Source: Candidatus Hydrothermales bacterium
GTDB lineage: Bacteria > Hydrothermota > Hydrothermia > Hydrothermales > JAJRUZ01
Assembly (NCBI GenBank): GCA_039630575.1
Contig: JBCNUW010000026.1
Coordinates: 1 to 23,572, forward strand
Length of the DNA: 23,572 bases
Direction: 5' to 3'
Made by a program: the position numbers and the translations under genes. Under the pieces are notes generated by a model. It ran no database searches, had not been told where the DNA came from, and saw nothing but the letters and a program-made list of their open reading frames with translations. Shown here piece by piece: positions 22,505 through 23,572 of this stretch (position 1 is the first letter of the stretch; each line of letters opens with the position of its first letter).

Positions 22505-22961
22505 TTAAAATTCAAATACTAAGGCACCCCTATTGTGCCTCCATATACCCAATTACCTTTACCTTTTTTAATATCAGGAACAACATATTTTATTTCAAAG
22601 CCTGCATCTAATTTCTGAAAACTAAATTTAAATCCTGCAAATGCTTGATAACCAAAAGTTGATTCAGTAGTTTTTTCTCCTTTCAAAAAATAACCACCAA
22701 TACCTAATCCTAAATAAGGAGAAAATATTTTGCCATATTTTAGTGGATAAAAAAGAGCTTCAATAGGAACGCTTACTTGATTCAAATCATAAATTTTACC
22801 CACTCAATTCCTCCTCTTGCTCCAAAATATTCAAGATAATTATAATTCACATAAACACCTATTCCTGGATAACTTTTTCCATTTATATAATGAACAGAGC
22901 CTTTTATTTCGACATTTATCTTACCTGCTTGTAGAAAGAATAAAATTAAAAGAGTATTCAT
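22505..22961 (-). CDS. Outer-membrane beta-barrel protein, interrupted by two -1 frameshifts
   Basis: ATG 22961 (SD AGAGG) reads MNTLLILFFLQAG...GARGGIEW. One extra G at 22799-22801 joins ORF 22519..22803 (SPYLGLGIGGY, FGYQAFAGF). One extra G at 22527-22530 gives the end ...IGGALVFEF-stop (22505), with the terminal Phe typical of OMPs. Confidence 0.75.
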
Positions 22962-23003
22962 TTTTCCTCTCTTTTTAAATTTAAATTATAAAGTTTTTTA
23001 AAG

Positions 23004-23275
23004 ATATTAAAAATTGTAAAAGATAAAATAACAAAATCAGAATTAAGAGAAATAGCAAAGAATACATTTAAAAGACTTTGTTAAGGCAGTTGTTGAGGTT
23101 AGGAGGGAAATTATAGCAATTCTTATAGAAGAGAGATTGAAGATTAAAGTTAGATTGACTTTGATTCTATTATAAATATTTATCCTTATCAGGGTAATTC
23201 AAGCTAGAATGTGGAAAATCTGGAAATTAGAGAAAAGAATAACAAAAATTATAAAAAAAGTTGGTTATAGAATGA
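23004..23275 (+). pseudogene. Decayed DUF5674-family gene
   Basis: Fragments across frames: KIVKDKITKSELREIAKNTF / DFVKAVVEVRREIIAI / IDFDSIINIYPYQGNSS / VENLEIREK / ITKIIKK. The middle part of the family pattern appears to be deleted. Confidence 0.7.
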
Positions 23276-23370
23276 ATCATAAACATAAAACTCTTTTTGA
23301 GGGAAGACAGTTTAACTTAACATTTTTTGAGCAGATTGTAAATATTTGAAGTGAAGTATGGATTGACTAT
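23272..23370 (+). pseudogene. Decayed remnant of the small helical gene commonly found after DUF5674
   Basis: ATGA overlap with the DUF5674 remnant. MNHKHKTLFEGRQFNLTFFEQIVNI*SEV resembles the HK.L..GRW..LSF.EQMANIGSEV pattern as recalled. Confidence 0.5.
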
Positions 23371-23480
23371 TTTTATTTTAATAACAAATTTAGATCATAT
23401 AAGGAGTTATGGCACAAATATTTTTATCTATTTACGTATGCTGCAAGAGTTAATGATTGAATTTTATTTTAAATTCAAAA

Positions 23481-23567
23481 ACTTTATAATTTAAATATGG
23501 GAAAAATTATTTTAACTATTTTTTTATTTTCATTCGAGAGTAAATTATTTTCGCAAAGATGTGCCCT
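23481..23567 (+). repeat. Diverged copy of the promoter and 5' end of gene 22102 (matches 22086..22174); possible frameshifted paralogue at the window edge
   Basis: Both begin ACTTTATAATTTAA(C/A)TATG and share AAATT(G/A)TTTTCGCAAA...CCCT. Translations are MKKIILVFFLISLNNKLFSQ and MGKIILTIFLFSFESKLFSQ. Confidence 0.7.
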
Positions 23568-23572
23568 GCAGG

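Overview
Very AT-rich bacterial DNA (roughly one quarter G+C by eye) from a probable diderm. It encodes an outer-membrane beta-barrel and a protein with a T9SS-like C-terminal sorting domain, which would fit a WOR-3/FCB-type lineage (inference only). The left half (1-12248) is a tightly packed defence-rich island. It holds the front of a type I-B (Tneap-like) cas operon: cas6 (split by a 1-nt indel), cas8b1/cst1 with a probable internally translated Cas11, and an enlarged cas7/cst2. Directly after cas7 comes a DUF6922 + AbiEii-type nucleotidyltransferase pair, where cas5 is normally found. Upstream of cas6 lie a small HExxE protein and an uncharacterised 584-aa protein with a C-terminal HEPN motif. 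A 7-gene minus-strand operon follows (MNT, HEPN, Mth938-like, GxxExxY nuclease, HhH-GPD-like protein, TIGR01777 epimerase, single-repeat GDT1), then a type II R-M pair whose methyltransferase carries a degenerate SNase-like tail. The right half has DUF4438, a secreted agmatine/peptidylarginine deiminase, DUF418, a SagB-type nitroreductase with a small His-bearing membrane protein, a beta-barrel protein, and over 5 kb of ORF-poor DNA containing gene remnants. Five single-base indels, each of which can be placed in a G/C homopolymer, break otherwise intact genes and suggest sequencing error. No CRISPR array, tRNA, rRNA or transposase was seen. All family calls come from motif recognition by eye; no searches were run.
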